Shown in pieces: positions 40,101 through 53,665 of a stretch of 64,000 nucleotides of DNA; within the stretch, counting starts at the first letter, position 1, and each line of letters begins with the position of its first letter. The stretch comes from Chiloscyllium plagiosum (taxonomy: Eukaryota). The DNA is taken from positions 5,073,852 to 5,137,851 of the forward strand of contig NC_057756.1 of the NCBI RefSeq assembly GCF_004010195.1, given 5' to 3'. A program made the translations under genes and the position numbers. The notes under the pieces were generated by a model, which made no database searches, was not told where the DNA came from, and saw only the letters and a program-made list of their open reading frames with translations.

Positions 40101-40835
40101 CCTCCATTACACACTGGCTAAACAAATATTGACCACACCATTACACACTGGGTAAACTGGCATTGACCCCACCATTACACACTGGGTAAACTGGCATTGA
40201 CCCCACCATTACACACTGGGTAAATTGGCATTAGCCCCCCCATTACACACTGGGTAAACTGGCATTAACCCCAACATTACACACTGGGTAAACTGGCATT
40301 AACCCCAACATTACACACTGAGTAAACTAGCATTGACCACACCATTACACACTGGGTAAACTAACATTGACCCCACCATTACACACTGGGTAAACTGGCA
40401 TTAGCCCCCTAATACACACTGGGTAAACTGGCATTAACCCCAACATTACACACTGAGTAAACTGGCATTGACCACACCATTACACACTGGGTAAACTAAC
40501 GTTGACCCTGCCATTACACACTGGGTAAACTGGAATTGATTCACCATTATACACTGGCATTGAATCCCACCATTACACATGGATAAGTTAGCTATTACCC
40601 CACCATTACACACGGGGTAAAATAACATTGACCCCACCATTACACACTGGGTAAACTGGCACTGACCCCGCTATTAAACACTGGGTAAACTAACATTGAT
40701 CCCACCATTACACACTGGGTAAACTGGCATTGATTCACCATTATACACTGGCATTGAACCCCACCATTACACAGTGAGTAAACTGGCAGTGAACCCCTAT
40801 CATTACACACTGGGTAAACTGGCATCAAACCCTTC
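37133..40835. repeat. 34-bp minisatellite, roughly 100 copies
   Basis: Unit CCATTACACACTGGGTAAACTGGCATTGACCCCA; interrupted at about 37285-37427 by a Penelope-type end fragment. Confidence 0.97.
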
Positions 40836-41029
40836 CATAATACAATGGCAAAACTAGCATAGAGCCTGATACTAAGACAACCCATCACACATGGGGACAT
40901 TGATATTGAGCCATCCCATTACACACTGGAGAAACTGATATTGAGCCATGCCATTGCACACTGCAAAGACTGATATTGAGACAGCCCATTCTCCTCTGCA
41001 GAAACTGACATTAGCTAATTCCATTGCAT

Positions 41030-41605
41030 GCTAGGAAATCTGACATTGGAACCTTCCATTACAAACAGTGGAAAATGACGTTGGAACCATCCATTACAAA
41101 CTGGGGAAACTGACATTAGAACCTTCATTATAAACTGGGGAATCTGACATTGGAATCTTCCATTAAAAACTGGGAAAACTGGCGTTGGAACCTTCATTAC
41201 AAACTGGGGAATCTAATATTGGAACCTTCATTACAAACTGGGGAAACTGACATTGAACATTCTTTACAAACTGGGGAATCTAACATTGGAACCTTCATTA
41301 CAAACCGGGGAAACTGACATTGGAACCTTCCATTATAAACTGGGGAATCTAACATTGGAACCTTCTATTACAAACTGGGGAAACTGACATTGGAATCTTC
41401 ATTACAAACTGGGGAAACTGACATTGGAACCTTCCATTACAAACTGGGGAAACTGACATTGGAACCTTCCATTACAAACTGGGGAAACTGTCATTGGAAC
41501 CTTCTATGATAAACTGGGGAAATTGACATTGGAACCTTCATTACAAACCTGGGGAATCTGACATTGAAACCTTCATTACAAACTGGGAAAACTGACATTG
41601 GAAAC
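41030..41605. repeat. 34/35-bp minisatellite, a related subfamily of the adjacent array
   Basis: Unit CCATTACAAACTGGGGAAACTGACATTGGAACCTT (starts at 41401 and 41436). Confidence 0.93.
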
Positions 41606-41874
41606 TTATCGTTGCACACTCAGTGACTTTCACCCACAGCACCACAGACAATAGAAATCTCTGATCCAGTCCCAGAATTGCACAGTGCAGAAAGTGATCC
41701 AATCTTTTGCCTTCAGTCGACATTTCAGTCCAATTGATGGTGTGTAGAAGACACATGCCTGTGTATTTTCTGTAGTGGTGATGGTAGTGGTGATCTCCTT
41801 CTAACTTGGATAGTCCACGACTGCTTCTTGTAACAGCGTAACTTTACGACAATACATTTGTGCGTTTATTTTAG

Positions 41875-42138
41875 ATGGACCGGATGGCCCTAAAATATCC
41901 ATTAATCCTGATTTGTCCATTTACCCCGCTGGAAGAGCAGTTACTTTTACATGTTCTGTGGACTCAAACCCACCTGCAGAAATGGAATGGCTCCACAATG
42001 AAACTTCTCTTCAACAGAAAGGGCGTGAGCTAATTATTGCTAGCATTTCGTTGAATCAAAGTGGAACTTATACGTGTCAGGCCTTTAACATTTTAACACA
42101 AAGATACAGTGTCTCAACTAAGCCAATAATTGTCGTAG
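41875..42138 (+). CDS. Exon 8, IgC-type B3 domain
   Basis: Acceptor ttattttag, donor G|GTAGGT; YGPDGPKIS...FTCSVDSNPPA..EW...SGTYTCQAFN. Confidence 0.93.
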
Positions 42139-42512
42139 GTAGGTAACACATTTTTCCATTTTGTTTCTTTGCTTTGTAGTCCACTTGTGGACTGGTGGAG
42201 GGGGTCTCTTTTGTTTAATGCTGGGAACGGGAATAAATCATTTGATAATAAAAATGGAGCTTCTTTCTCCCTCTTGGTTTTGCTGATGACAGATAACATT
42301 GTACCAAGAAATAATTTTTTCAGTACTCACTTCAACGTTATCATACGTCATAAAGAAAATATAAACAGTCCTAACTGCTTCAATATTTACTCAATTGCAA
42401 CCATAATTAAGGCTGCACTTGTCTGTTATGCTGTCATTAGCCTGCGCATTTAGATCGCAGGAAAATTTGCTAATTTAAGTTTTCAACCTTTAAGTTAATT
42501 TATTTATGTTTA

Positions 42513-42810
42513 GGGGTGGCACGGTGGTTAGCACTGCTGCCTCACAGCGCCAGGGACCCAGGTTCAATTCCAGCCTCGGGCGACTGTCTGTGATGGAGTT
42601 TGCACATTCTCCCCAGTGTCTGCGTGGGTTTCCTCCGTGTGCTCCGGTTTCCTCCCACAGTTCAAAGATCAGGCGAATTGGCCATGCTAAATTACCCATT
42701 GTGTTAGGTGCATTAGTTAGAGGGAAATGGGTCTGGGCGGGTTACTCTTCGGAGGGTCAGTGTGGACTGGTTGGCCCGAAGGGCCTGTTTCCGCACTGTA
42801 GGGAGTCTAG
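42513..42810 (+). mobile_element. HE1-like SINE
   Basis: Same head, core and tail as the copy at 4501. Confidence 0.85.
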
Positions 42811-44714
42811 TCAACCTGCTTCAAGGATATGAATTGGTGATTGTCAAAATGGCTCACCAGAAAACATTTATATATTATAGCGAATTTTTGAATGAAGTTA
42901 AGCAGCCAACTCTGCAGTGATCAATTCTGAAACTCCTATCATTGATGTTTCATTGTAATATTTTTAATAACTTTAAGCTGAGAGAGAAGGTCCTAAATGC
43001 CCTTTTGGAAATGTTACTGGTGTAATGAAAAAATTATTATGAATTATTTTGTGTGTTCGAATATTAAAACAGCTCTGAACTTACTGTTTCGCACAGATGT
43101 TCTAACTATCCAACTGTTTTAACCCTTTGAAATTCTTCCCACCTTCTGGGCCTTATGCCTTTTGAAGGAAGGATTTAAACTTGAAAGGGGAGCCATGTCT
43201 ATACAACTAAAAAACGTTACAGCACAGAGCGAGATTGTTCAGCTCATCATGTTAGTGCTGCCCATTGTCTATAGCCTTGTGGGTTTCAACACATCAGGAA
43301 TGGACCCTGATTCCTTTTCAAGGGAGAGAGGGTCTCCACCTCTACTTCCAAACTGGGTGGTGGATTCCAGATATCCACCCGCCATCTGATGCAGAAACCT
43401 TTGTCCCCTCTAAACCTTGTACTGGTCATCTTCGATCTGTGCCTGGTGGTAAATGAGCTCACCGTCAAGGGAAACAGATCTTCCCTGATCCGAGCCCCTC
43501 ACTATTTTGTACACCTCGGTAAAGTCATCCCTCAGCCCCCTCTGTTTGAAGGAAAACAATCCTGGCCTCTCTGATCTTTCCTCATGCCTGCAATTTTTGA
43601 GTCCTTGCCAATCTTCTCCAGAGCAGTTATGTTCCTTTTGGGGAGTGGAATAATGGGTGGGAAGCAGTCCCTGAAAGTGGCGGGGAGAGGGGAGAATGCC
43701 TATGGGGCAAGAAACACATACCTATGAGAGAGGGAATGGGAACACCTGTAGGAGCGATGGGAAAGGGTGCACCATGGTGTGGGAAAGACGCCAAACTGGG
43801 AGGAGTTTGCTGTGGAGGTGTGCCTGCGACTGGGTGGGGAGGGGGTTTCAGTGATGAATGAATGAATGAACGAATGAATGAAATAATTGTCACATGTATT
43901 TTACAGTGAGAAAAACAGTAAAAAATAGTGTGGCCGTGAACTGGCACCATTTTGAAAGGTTTATGAAGAAGAGAAAAAAGTACAAAGATGGGTGGGTTAC
44001 TCTTCGGAGGGTTGGTATGGAATTGTTGAGCCGAAGAGCCTGTTTCCACACTGTAAGGATTCTAATTCAATTTCTAATTCTAAAATATAGCTTAAACAAA
44101 ATCCATTAGTCCTGAGCCAGAGGGTCATTTCTCTCTCTATCGTGCCAAAATGTGGTAATTAGGTTTTGCATTCCATAACTGTGAGATCTTGGCTACGACC
44201 AATTGGCTTCCAGTTGCCAGCAGTGACAGGCAGAAGCTGAACTCCCGTTTGTGTCTGTTGAGAGCGTATTCTGTCCGAATGCTCTCATGGCTTTGAAGGG
44301 ACAGGCCATGCTAACATCATAGCATTCCCCCAGCCCATTTACCACTGGATAAACATCCATCGTATCATTGTACAATCCATCTCGCCACAATGATACGTTT
44401 GCCGTGAAAGCCATCCATTTCGCCTCATCAACACGAACAATCTCCACCAGTATGTCTTCAAAACGTGAGCAGCATGATGTCCTAGCTCGGGAAAATGGCG
44501 TTGAGTTGGGCCACAATGCAATTGTGTCCAGCTGGTAATTCAGAAAGGAATGGGATGTTAATGACTGTTGTTGGATCTTTTGCGTTGTTCAACTCCACGT
44601 CAATGGAACTCAGTAACAAAGAAATGTCTATTCTACCTAAATTGATAGGTTAAATTTAAAGCCCTAATCTGCTACATCACTGCCTGCGAGCATGATAAAG
44701 GCATAAAATTTTAA

Positions 44715-45245
44715 CAGAGTGTCCAGTTCTGGTCACCCTGTTACAGGTAAGATATTACTAAACTAGAAAAGGGTTCAGAAAAGATTTTACCAGGATGTTG
44801 CCGGGAATGGAGAGTTTGAGTTATAAAAATAGACTGGAGAAGCTGGGACGTATTTCACTGGAGCTTAGGAGGTTGAGGGGTGACCGTTATAGAGGTTTAT
44901 AAAATCAGGAGGGGTGTGGATAAGGTGAATAACAGGTGTCTTTACCCTCGGGTGGGGGATTTCAAGGGAAGGGGGCATGGTTGTAAGATGAGAGGACAAA
45001 GATTTAAAAAGACACGGGGCATTTCTTTTATACGGGGACTGGTTCATGTGTGGAATGAACTTACTGAGGAAATGGTGGATGCGGGTACAGTTACAACATT
45101 TGGATAAAGATATGAACAGGAAAGGTTCAGAGGGATATGGGCCAGGAGCAGGCAGGAGGAACTAGTTTAATTTGGGATTATAGTTGGCATGGAGTGATTG
45201 GACTGCAGGGTTTGTTTCCGTGCTGCCTCACTCTATGACTCTGAC
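44715..45245 (+). mobile_element. CR1-type LINE 3' end (similar tails at about 30375-30655, 48860-49290, 59140-59765)
   Basis: IEVYKIRRGVDKV...RGHG.K and the conserved CR1 3' tail. Confidence 0.8.
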
Positions 45246-46184
45246 TAAGTGTTTGGCTGTGCACTTGTGATGCCAAAGCCCACGAGGTTATGGGACAAAT
45301 GCTAGAAGATATTCGTAGAATAATTCCGTGATTGCTTTTGACTGGCACAGATGGGATGGGCCAAAGGGCCATTTACTACACTGTAGAACTCCGTGACTCC
45401 ACGTTGTATCTCCGGATAATCTGTTTGCTAATTCATTCTGACAACACATCAGAGCTTTTGGCAATGAAGAGCTGCAAGTAATCCTTTAAATGGTTTTGGT
45501 TAGGCCACAGTTAGAGTACGGTGTGCATTTCTGGTCACCACAATGCAGGAAGGTTTGAGAGCACTGGAGGGAGTGCACGGGCGATTCGCCGAGATGTTAC
45601 TGGGGTTGGAGCAGTTTGGGTCGGAAGGGAGACTGGAGAAACTGTTTTCTTTCGAGCAGAGAGGATTGATGGAGGCAGCTGCTGGAGATGGGTAAGGTGA
45701 AGGGCATGGACAGGGCGGATAGGAAACAGCTGCTCCCCTCAGTTGTAGGGTCAGCAACGAGGAGAGGGGTGGCATAATTTTAAAGTGACAGGCAGGAGGT
45801 TTTGAGGGGATTTGACGAAAACAAAAACATTTTCACTGGAGAATAGCGATAATCTGGATTGTACTGGTGTGGAGGATAGTAAAGATGAGAAACGACACAA
45901 TCTTTCAAAAGTAAGAGGATAAACACTTGAAATATCATAACATTCAAAGCTACAGACTAAGTGCTGGAAAATGGGATTAATGATGATAGATTGGCACCGA
46001 CTCAATGGGCCAATGGGCACTCCTGTGTTGTATGACTGCATGACTCCATAAATAAAACTCAAAAGCGTACTTTTACAAATTTGGATCTGTAGCCTCTCGG
46101 CTTTACTTTCAGTCTACTTTGAAGTGCTTTTCTTCGGGTAATCATTTCCATCAAGTTTACTTTTCCCTACAGGAACCTACAGGC

Positions 46185-46750
46185 ATGGCATGGGTGGTTC
46201 AGTGGTTAGCACTGCTGCCTCACAGCACCAGGGATCCGGGTTCAATTCCAGACTCGGGCGACTGTCTGTGTGGAGTTTGCACATTCTCCCCGTGTCTGCG
46301 CGGGTTTCCTCCGGGTGCTCTGGTTTCCTCCCACAATCCAAAAATGTACAGGTTAGGGTGAATTGGCCGTGATAAATTGTCCCATAGTGTCCAAGGATGT
46401 GCAGGTTAGGGTGGATTGGCCGTGATAAATTGTCCCATAGTGTCCAAGGATGTGCAGGTTAGGGTGGATTGGCCATGCTAAATTGTCCCATAGTGTCCAG
46501 GGATGTGTAGGTTAGGGTGGATTGGCTATGCTAAATTGTCCCATAGTTCCCAGGGATGTGCAGGTTAGGGTGAATTGACCGTGCTAAATTGTCCCATAGT
46601 GTCCAAGGATGTGCAGGTTAGGGTGGATTGGCCAAGCTAAATTGTCCCATAGTGTTAGGTGTATTAGTCAGAGGGAGATGGGTTACTCTTCGGAGGGTTA
46701 GTGTGGACTAGTTGGGCCGAAGGGCCTGTTTCCGCACTGTAGTGAATCTA
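46185..46750 (+). mobile_element. HE1-like SINE with about 6 internal 53-bp units; a truncated copy follows at about 46830-47018
   Basis: Unit starts at 46395 and 46448 (53-bp period). Confidence 0.85.
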
Positions 46751-48057
46751 AAAAAAACCCTTTATTTTTCAGATGTTACCAGGGCAACATCCTGGTAAAG
46801 TCTTCTTCATTTGAATGTGCCAACTCGGATGGCACCACAGCTCAGTGGTTAGCACTGCGGCCTCCCAGCGCCAGAGACCCAGGTTCGATCCCACCCTCGG
46901 GCGACTGTATTGTGTGGCGTTTGCACGTTCTCCCCGTGTCTGTGCGGGTTAGCTCCAGTTTCCTCCCACAGCCCAAAGATGTGCAGGCTCGGTGGATTGA
47001 CCATGGGAAATTGCCATGGTAGACCCACGCTAGCATTAGGGAGAGAACTCCAGGATTTTGAACCAGCGAGGGAGTGGCAATGTATTTCCAAGTCAGGGTG
47101 GTGATTGGCATTTGTCCATCTAGACGGGAGTGGGTTTGGAAGCTGCTGTCTAGCACCCTTTGGTGAATTGCTGCTGTCCATCTTGTAGATAGTACACACT
47201 GCTGCTACTGAGCGTCACTGGTGGAGAGGAGTGGATCCCAATCAAGCGGGATGCTTTGTCCTGGGATGGTGCCCCATTTTCTTCAGTGTTGCTGGAGTTG
47301 GACTAACCCAGGCAAGTGGGGAGTACTCTGTCACACTCCTGACTTGTGCCTTGTTGATGGTAGAAAGGTTTTGAGGAGCTGAGTTATTGAATGTACTATT
47401 CCGATGCATTGATCTTTCCCAAACTTATCCCAAACGAGTTCTCACATCCTTTGGAAAAGTAATCTCATGTGCACTTTCATTATACTCTGCTCTCAAAAGG
47501 TAAAGTGCATTCTGCCTTTGTACGGATGACTGCATGGATAGCTTCCTCTTTTCAAGAAAAAGATGGATAGAGCTCTTAAAGATAGTGGAATCAAGGGTTG
47601 TGGGGATAAGGCAGGAACAGGATACTGATTGTGGATGATCAGCCATGATCATAATGAATGGTGGTGCTGGCTCAAAGGGTCGAATGGCCTACTCCTGCAC
47701 CTATTGTCTATTGTAACATTAAGGAGTTTAGTCAACTATTGTAAGTACCTTCTGATTTCATATTGTGTGTTGTCTGTTGGTCCACAGTCCCATCTGTTCC
47801 ATACTGCTGAAGGGATGACTAAGTAACTGTATGCTGCAGTCAGTCACCAAGTTCAGCACAGAGTTAAAATTTATAGCAAACACTGAAAGTGCTGGAGAAA
47901 CTCAGCAGCATCTATTGAGAGGAGGAGAAGAGAGTTAATGCTTTGAATCCAATTACCCTTCATCCAAACTGATAGCAGCTGGGAAAGATGATAGGTTTGG
48001 GGGAGGCAAGGAGGTGAGATGAATCGATGGAGACGGTGCCGAAAGAGGGAGAGAACA

Positions 48058-48388
48058 GGCAGCACGGTGGCTCAGTGGCTAGCACTGCTACCTCACAGTG
48101 CCAGAGACCCGGGTTCAATTCCCACCTCGGTTAACTGTCTGAGTGGAGCTTGCATGTTCTCTCCGTGTTTGCGTGGGTTTGCTCTGGTTTCCTCCCACAG
48201 TCAAAAGATGTGCAGGTTAGGTGAATTGGCCATGCTAAAACTGCCCGTAGTGTTAGGTGCATTAGTCAGGGGTGAATGTAGTGGAATGGGTCTGGGCGGG
48301 TTACTCTTCGGAGGATCAGTGTAGACTTGTTGGGCCAAAGGGCCTGTTTCCACACTGTAGGGAATCTAATCTGTAGGGAATCTAATCT
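48058..48388 (+). mobile_element. HE1-like SINE
   Basis: Same head, core and tail. Confidence 0.85.
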
Positions 48389-49394
48389 CGAAGTAAAGGA
48401 GGTGAAGAGAATTGTGGTAGGCCATTCAGCCCCTCAGGCCTGTTCATACATTCAGTAATCTGTGGCCAAACTCCATATACCTGCCGTTGTCATATATGCC
48501 TTAATGTCATTGTTTAACAACAATCTAAGTGTTTCAGACAAGCCAAAAGAGTGAGTGAAAATTGCTGGGTTGAGTGCTAATGAGAGGTGCAAATGGTTGC
48601 AAGTGGGTTGGCTGTGTTGGGAACAAAGAGAAAGTACATTTCCTGTAGTCATAAGATGTGTTCATGCACTGAGATCGTTAAACTCAGCTGAAAATGCAAA
48701 TTGAGTTCCTTCAGGTAAAGGAGATTAAATTTAAAGTTTGACAGTGTTTTCAACAAACATCCAGTTAGACTCCAGGCGAGTACCATTCAGACACTTAACA
48801 CTGTGTTGAGACTTGTTTGCAATTGGCAAACTGAATTTCAGACAAGTCATATCCAAGACCGGAGGGTGTGAGCTATCGGCAGAGTCTGGATAGACTGGGA
48901 CTTTCTTTCCCTGGAGCTAAGAGGTCACCTTAAAGAAGTTTATAAAATCATGAGGCCACGTGGATACCGTTAACAGCAAAGGTCTTTTCCCTTCGGTAGG
49001 GGAGTTCAAAACCAGACGTTCAAGGTGAGAGGGGAAAAAAATTAAAAGGGACCTCAGAGGTAGCTTTTTTCCATAGAAGGTAGTGTATGTACCCAACTAC
49101 CTGTCTGAGCAAGTTGCAGAGGTAAGTCCAATTACATTTAAAAGACATTTGTGCAATTACATGAATAGGGAAGGTTTAGAGGGATATAGGCCAAATGCAA
49201 GCAAATGGTACTAGTTCAGTTTAGGAAGCCTGGTGGGCATGGACGAGATGGGTCAAAGGGCCTGTTTCCGTGCTGTATGACTCTATCTTGGCTATTCATT
49301 TGGCTTGTCAGAGTTTGAAAATCTTGTTGGAGTGAGCAAACATTTAAAAAATCAACTTGTAAGTTCAAGTAGAAAGTTGCCAAACAATCTGCTT

Positions 49395-50348
49395 AGAGTC
49401 AGAGAGATGTGCAGCATGGAAACAGACCCTTCGGTCCAACCCGTCCATGCCGACCAGATATCCCAATGCAATCTAGTCCCACTTGCCAGCACCCGGCCCA
49501 TATCCCTCCAAACCCTTCCTATTCATATACCCATCCAAATGCCTCTTAAATGTTGCAATTGTACCAGCATCCACCACATCCTCTGGCAGCTCATTCCATA
49601 CATGTACCACCCTCTATGTGAAAANNNNNNNNNNNNNNNNNNNNNNNNNNNNNNNNNNNNNNNNNNNNNNNNNNNNNNNNNNNNNNNNNNNNNNNNNNNN
49701 NNNNNNNNNNNNNNNNNNNNNNNNNNNNNNNNNNNNNNNNNNNNNNNNNNNNNNNNNNNNNNNNNNNNNNNNNNNNNNNNNNNNNNNNNNNNNNNNNNNN
49801 NNNNNNNNNNNNNNNNNNNNNNNNNNNNNNNNNNNNNNNNNNNNNNNNNNNNNNNNNNNNNNNNNNNNNNNNNNNNNNNNNNNNNNNNNNNNNNNNNNNN
49901 NNNNNNNNNNNNNNNNNNNNNNNNNNNNNNNNNNNNNNNNNNNNNNNNNNNNNNNNNNNNNNNNNNNNNNNNNNNNCTGTCCACTACACCTCCAATTTTG
50001 GTGTCATCTGCAAACTTACTAACTGTACCTCTTATGCTCGCATCCAAATCACTTATGTAAATGAAAAAACGTAGAGGACCCAGCACCAATCCTTGTGGCA
50101 CTCCACTGGTCACAGGCCTCCAGTCTGAAAAACAACCCTCCACCACCACCCTCTGTCTTCTACCTTTGAGCCAGGTCTGTATCCAAATGGCTAGTTCTCC
50201 CTGTATTCCATGAGATCTAACCTTGCTAATCAGTCTCCCATGGGGAACCTTGTCGAAAGCCTTACTGAAGGCCATATAGATCACATCTGCCCTCATCAAT
50301 CTTCTTTGTTACTTCTTCAAAAAACTCAATCAAGTTTGTGAGACATGA
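49395..50348 (-). mobile_element. CR1-type LINE, reverse transcriptase fragment spanning a gap
   Basis: [16 protein letters not shown]...[11 protein letters not shown]...[11 protein letters not shown]...FADDTK, with the CR1 3' tail beyond the gap. Confidence 0.93.
49625..49976. other. Assembly gap inside a CR1 element in intron 8
   Basis: Run of N. Confidence 1.
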
Positions 50349-50689
50349 GATGATGCGTAATATCGATCCAGTGCCTGGCTTAGTTAAAAAAAATAAATGC
50401 ACAGATGGAAATGCTCACTTTAATATTTTTAACCTGACTGATCTGCGTGTGCAAATATCTGCCCTCAAGTTATAATGAGGGGAAATGAAAGTGGTGGGTG
50501 CTTGGAATGCATTGCCCCCAATGATAGTAGAGTCAGAGACATTAGGGACATTTAAGCAATTGCTGGGCAAACACAGGACTGGCAGTAAATTGTGTAGGTT
50601 AGGTTGATCTTAGATGAAGATAAATGCTTGGCACAATATCGTAGGCCGAAGGGCCTGTACTGTGCTGTACTGATCTGTGTTTTATGTTC

Positions 50690-51002
50690 TGTGGTGGCTC
50701 AGTGGTTAGCACTGCCGCCTCACAGCACCAGCGACCCGGGTTTGATTCCAGCCTCGGGCGACTGTCTGTGTGGAGTTTGCACGTTCTCCCCGTGTCTGCG
50801 TGGGTTTCCTCCGGGTGCTCCGGTTTCCTCCCACAGTCCAAAGATATGCAGGTGATTTGGCCTTGCTAAATTGCCCACAGTGTTCAGGGATGTGTAGGTT
50901 AGGTGCATTAGTCAGGGATAAATATAGGGTAGGGGGGAATGGGTCTGAGTGGGTTACTCTTCGGAGGGTCGGTGTGGACTTGTTGGGCCGAAGGGCCTGT
51001 TG
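50690..51002 (+). mobile_element. HE1-like SINE; more diverged copies at about 51218-51540 and 54818-55068
   Basis: Same head, core and tail. Confidence 0.85.
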
Positions 51003-53291
51003 GAATTCTGTAGTATGTACTATGTTCCATAAAGGTTTTATGCATTTAACTGAAGTTTAGGTTCTCAATAACAATAAACTCTGACTTTATGGTGAATCAT
51101 TACTGAAAGGTTTAGCAGGTGGTGTGTCCTGGGTGTTGTGGCTTTATGACTGGACTGTTACTTCAGTGTGTAATCTGCTGAATCTAAATCCTGCAATGGT
51201 GGCTTTTGAATTCAATTCGGCGGCTTAGTGATTAGCGCTACCACCTGATGGTGCGAGGGACCTGGGTTCGATTCCAGCCTTGGGTGACTGTCTATGTGGA
51301 GCTTGCACATTCTCCCCGGTTTTCCTCCGGGTGCTCCGGTTTCCTCCCACACTCCGAAGATGTGCAGGTTAGGTCGATTGGCCGTGCTGATTTGGCCCGT
51401 AGTGTGTGCAGGCTGGGTGGATTAACCATGAGGAAAGTGAGGTTAGGTTGGGGGAGGTGTCTCTGGGTGGGATGATCTCTAGGGGGTAGGTGCAGACTTG
51501 ATGGGCCGAATGGCCTCTATCTGTACTGGGGGGATTCTGCAGTGTATACCTTTCCCACAGGTTTGCCACTTGACCTGCTATCTGAGATTACAAACTCAGA
51601 CCTCAAGCAGACAAGACGTTAAACCTCATTCATGCCCCAAGCCCTTCCCTCTTTCCAATGCACTGCAAGAAACAAATCATTAATCTGTTGCAAGTCAGTT
51701 TTGGTGAGTCAGTAATCACACTTACTGACAGACACTTCTGGCTTGTGGCGAGATTATTCTATACGAGTGGCTCCAGATATCTGGCAGCTGAGATCAGTTG
51801 GATTTAATTAGATGTGCTAACAATCCCTCGGGCAAAACAAAATGTTGCTGCAAAATAAATACCGAAGATAAAATTATCTGCAATGAAATGTGTTGAGTCT
51901 AAGGATTTATGTGTGGAGTTCTCGCTTTAAGTCACCCCGTTTAAAGATCTTTCACTTTAAAGTTGTTGCTGTCCTATGTTCACTCTCCTCATTTAAAGTC
52001 CTGCTTTTCATTTTAACATTCCTTACTTCCCAGCTATACCTCATATGATTGCACCTCTTGCACCATCATGTGTCGTGTCATTGTGATGTCAGCTAGACCC
52101 CCACATCCCCCAACTCTGATTGGTTGGTGCCAATGTGTTTGTGCTGACGTCCAAAATCATTTATTTAAAAATTGTGTCTCAGGTTCTGAGTAAACTTTTC
52201 AAATATATGTCTATATTTTTTTCTCTCCCAACATCTCTATTCTTTTTAGCCAAAAAAGTAGAGGAACTGGTCAGGATTTAGTTCTTTTCAAAGAATTCTC
52301 TGCTGCGCTATACATTACGTGTCCAGATACAATAACTGAGGAATGTATATAGTGTCTGTACCATATTAGAAATTCTTTTACCATTGCAAGCAAGAAGTTT
52401 TATTTCCTAACTGAAGTTTTCCTTGAGTTGGTTTGCAAGTTATTTCAACTAGGGATGCATGATGCAGCACATGTATGCCACAGTATTTCAACCTTTACAT
52501 TAGTTAACTCAAGCAATGGTTTTCCCCAGGAACCTAACTCTGATTTTAACATTGATTCCTATGAGAAACCATGCTTCACTTAAAGTTGCAAGTTTCAGGA
52601 GGGCAACCCTGACTTTGAGTGTGGGAACCGCGTACTTCCACCTTACGTTTTTAGCTTTCAGGCTCGCAACGTTAACTCAAGACATTTTGTGAAATAATAC
52701 TCAGCTGTTGTCTGACGAAGTGTAGACTTCTGAATTGCGATAGTGTGCAGAGCATTCTCCTAAAATTGGAAGGACTTGAGAGTTAGGAAACAATTGCTGG
52801 CCGAAAGATCAAATGCTGCAACTTCTCCATGATTATTTGCGGTAATCTTGGGGACAAGTTTGTTAGTTCCGTTCAATGTCAAAATGGACCTTAACTTGAT
52901 TATGTTTAATGAGTGGCATTTTCCCACAAGAAACAGAGACGGGGGCTGGAAAAGTCAGCTTTGGTGGGACAAAGGGCCCCTCGTCACTGTTCTGTCTCCA
53001 GCCTTGCGGTTCCACTCATCGATAATTCATATTTCCGTTCCTCTCCGTGCTCTCCAACCTCGCTAATCTTTCCCCAAGCGCCGTTTGTGGTCGGTCCGAC
53101 TTAAAGCATCGATTTCAAATCATCACACGCCTTTTTACAGGTAACTATGACGCCGTGATTTTAAAACAGTCTGCAGTTTTGCGTGGAGCGTCGAAATAAA
53201 AAGATAAGGTTTAAATGGAGAGCCCAGCGATCACTGAACGGGGAATCGAAAGTGATATAACACCGTGTCATTTTCCAAATTTTATTTACAG

Positions 53292-53567
53292 TGCCAGTTT
53301 CTAACGTCAAAGTATCGTCCAACAATTCGGTGCCAGTAGAAAGCCTCAATGCCATTTTACTGACTTGTGAGGCCGAGGGCTCTATACAATCAAGGATATG
53401 GTATAAGGGTAACAGCCTTCTCAAGGACAGTGACGGAATAAAAATCTCTCAGGAGAAAGAGACACTGACTATAATCAGTGCTGACAGAAACGACTCTGGA
53501 ACATATACATGTCAAGTCATTGGTATCACTAACAATGCATCTGGAAGTTTTGACCTGAAAATTAATT
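53292..53567 (+). CDS. Exon 9, IgC-type A4 domain
   Basis: Acceptor tatttacag, donor T|GTGAGT; VPVSNV...PVE...LLTCE...WYK...RNDSGTYTCQV. Confidence 0.92.
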
Positions 53568-53665
53568 GTGAGTACACGGAAACCTTGAGGAGTTGGTTTA
53601 CATTTACTATCAGCGATTCTTTTAGGTGCGAAGACAACACGTGTTCTCTCGATTCCTTTTTGTAG

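Noticed and set aside
37133..41605. Recombination signal sequences (CACACTG/CACAGTG) suggesting a rearranging Ig locus
   Set aside because: The heptamer-like words are part of the satellite, I saw no ACAAAAACC nonamer at 12/23 spacing, and the V exon ends in a normal splice donor.
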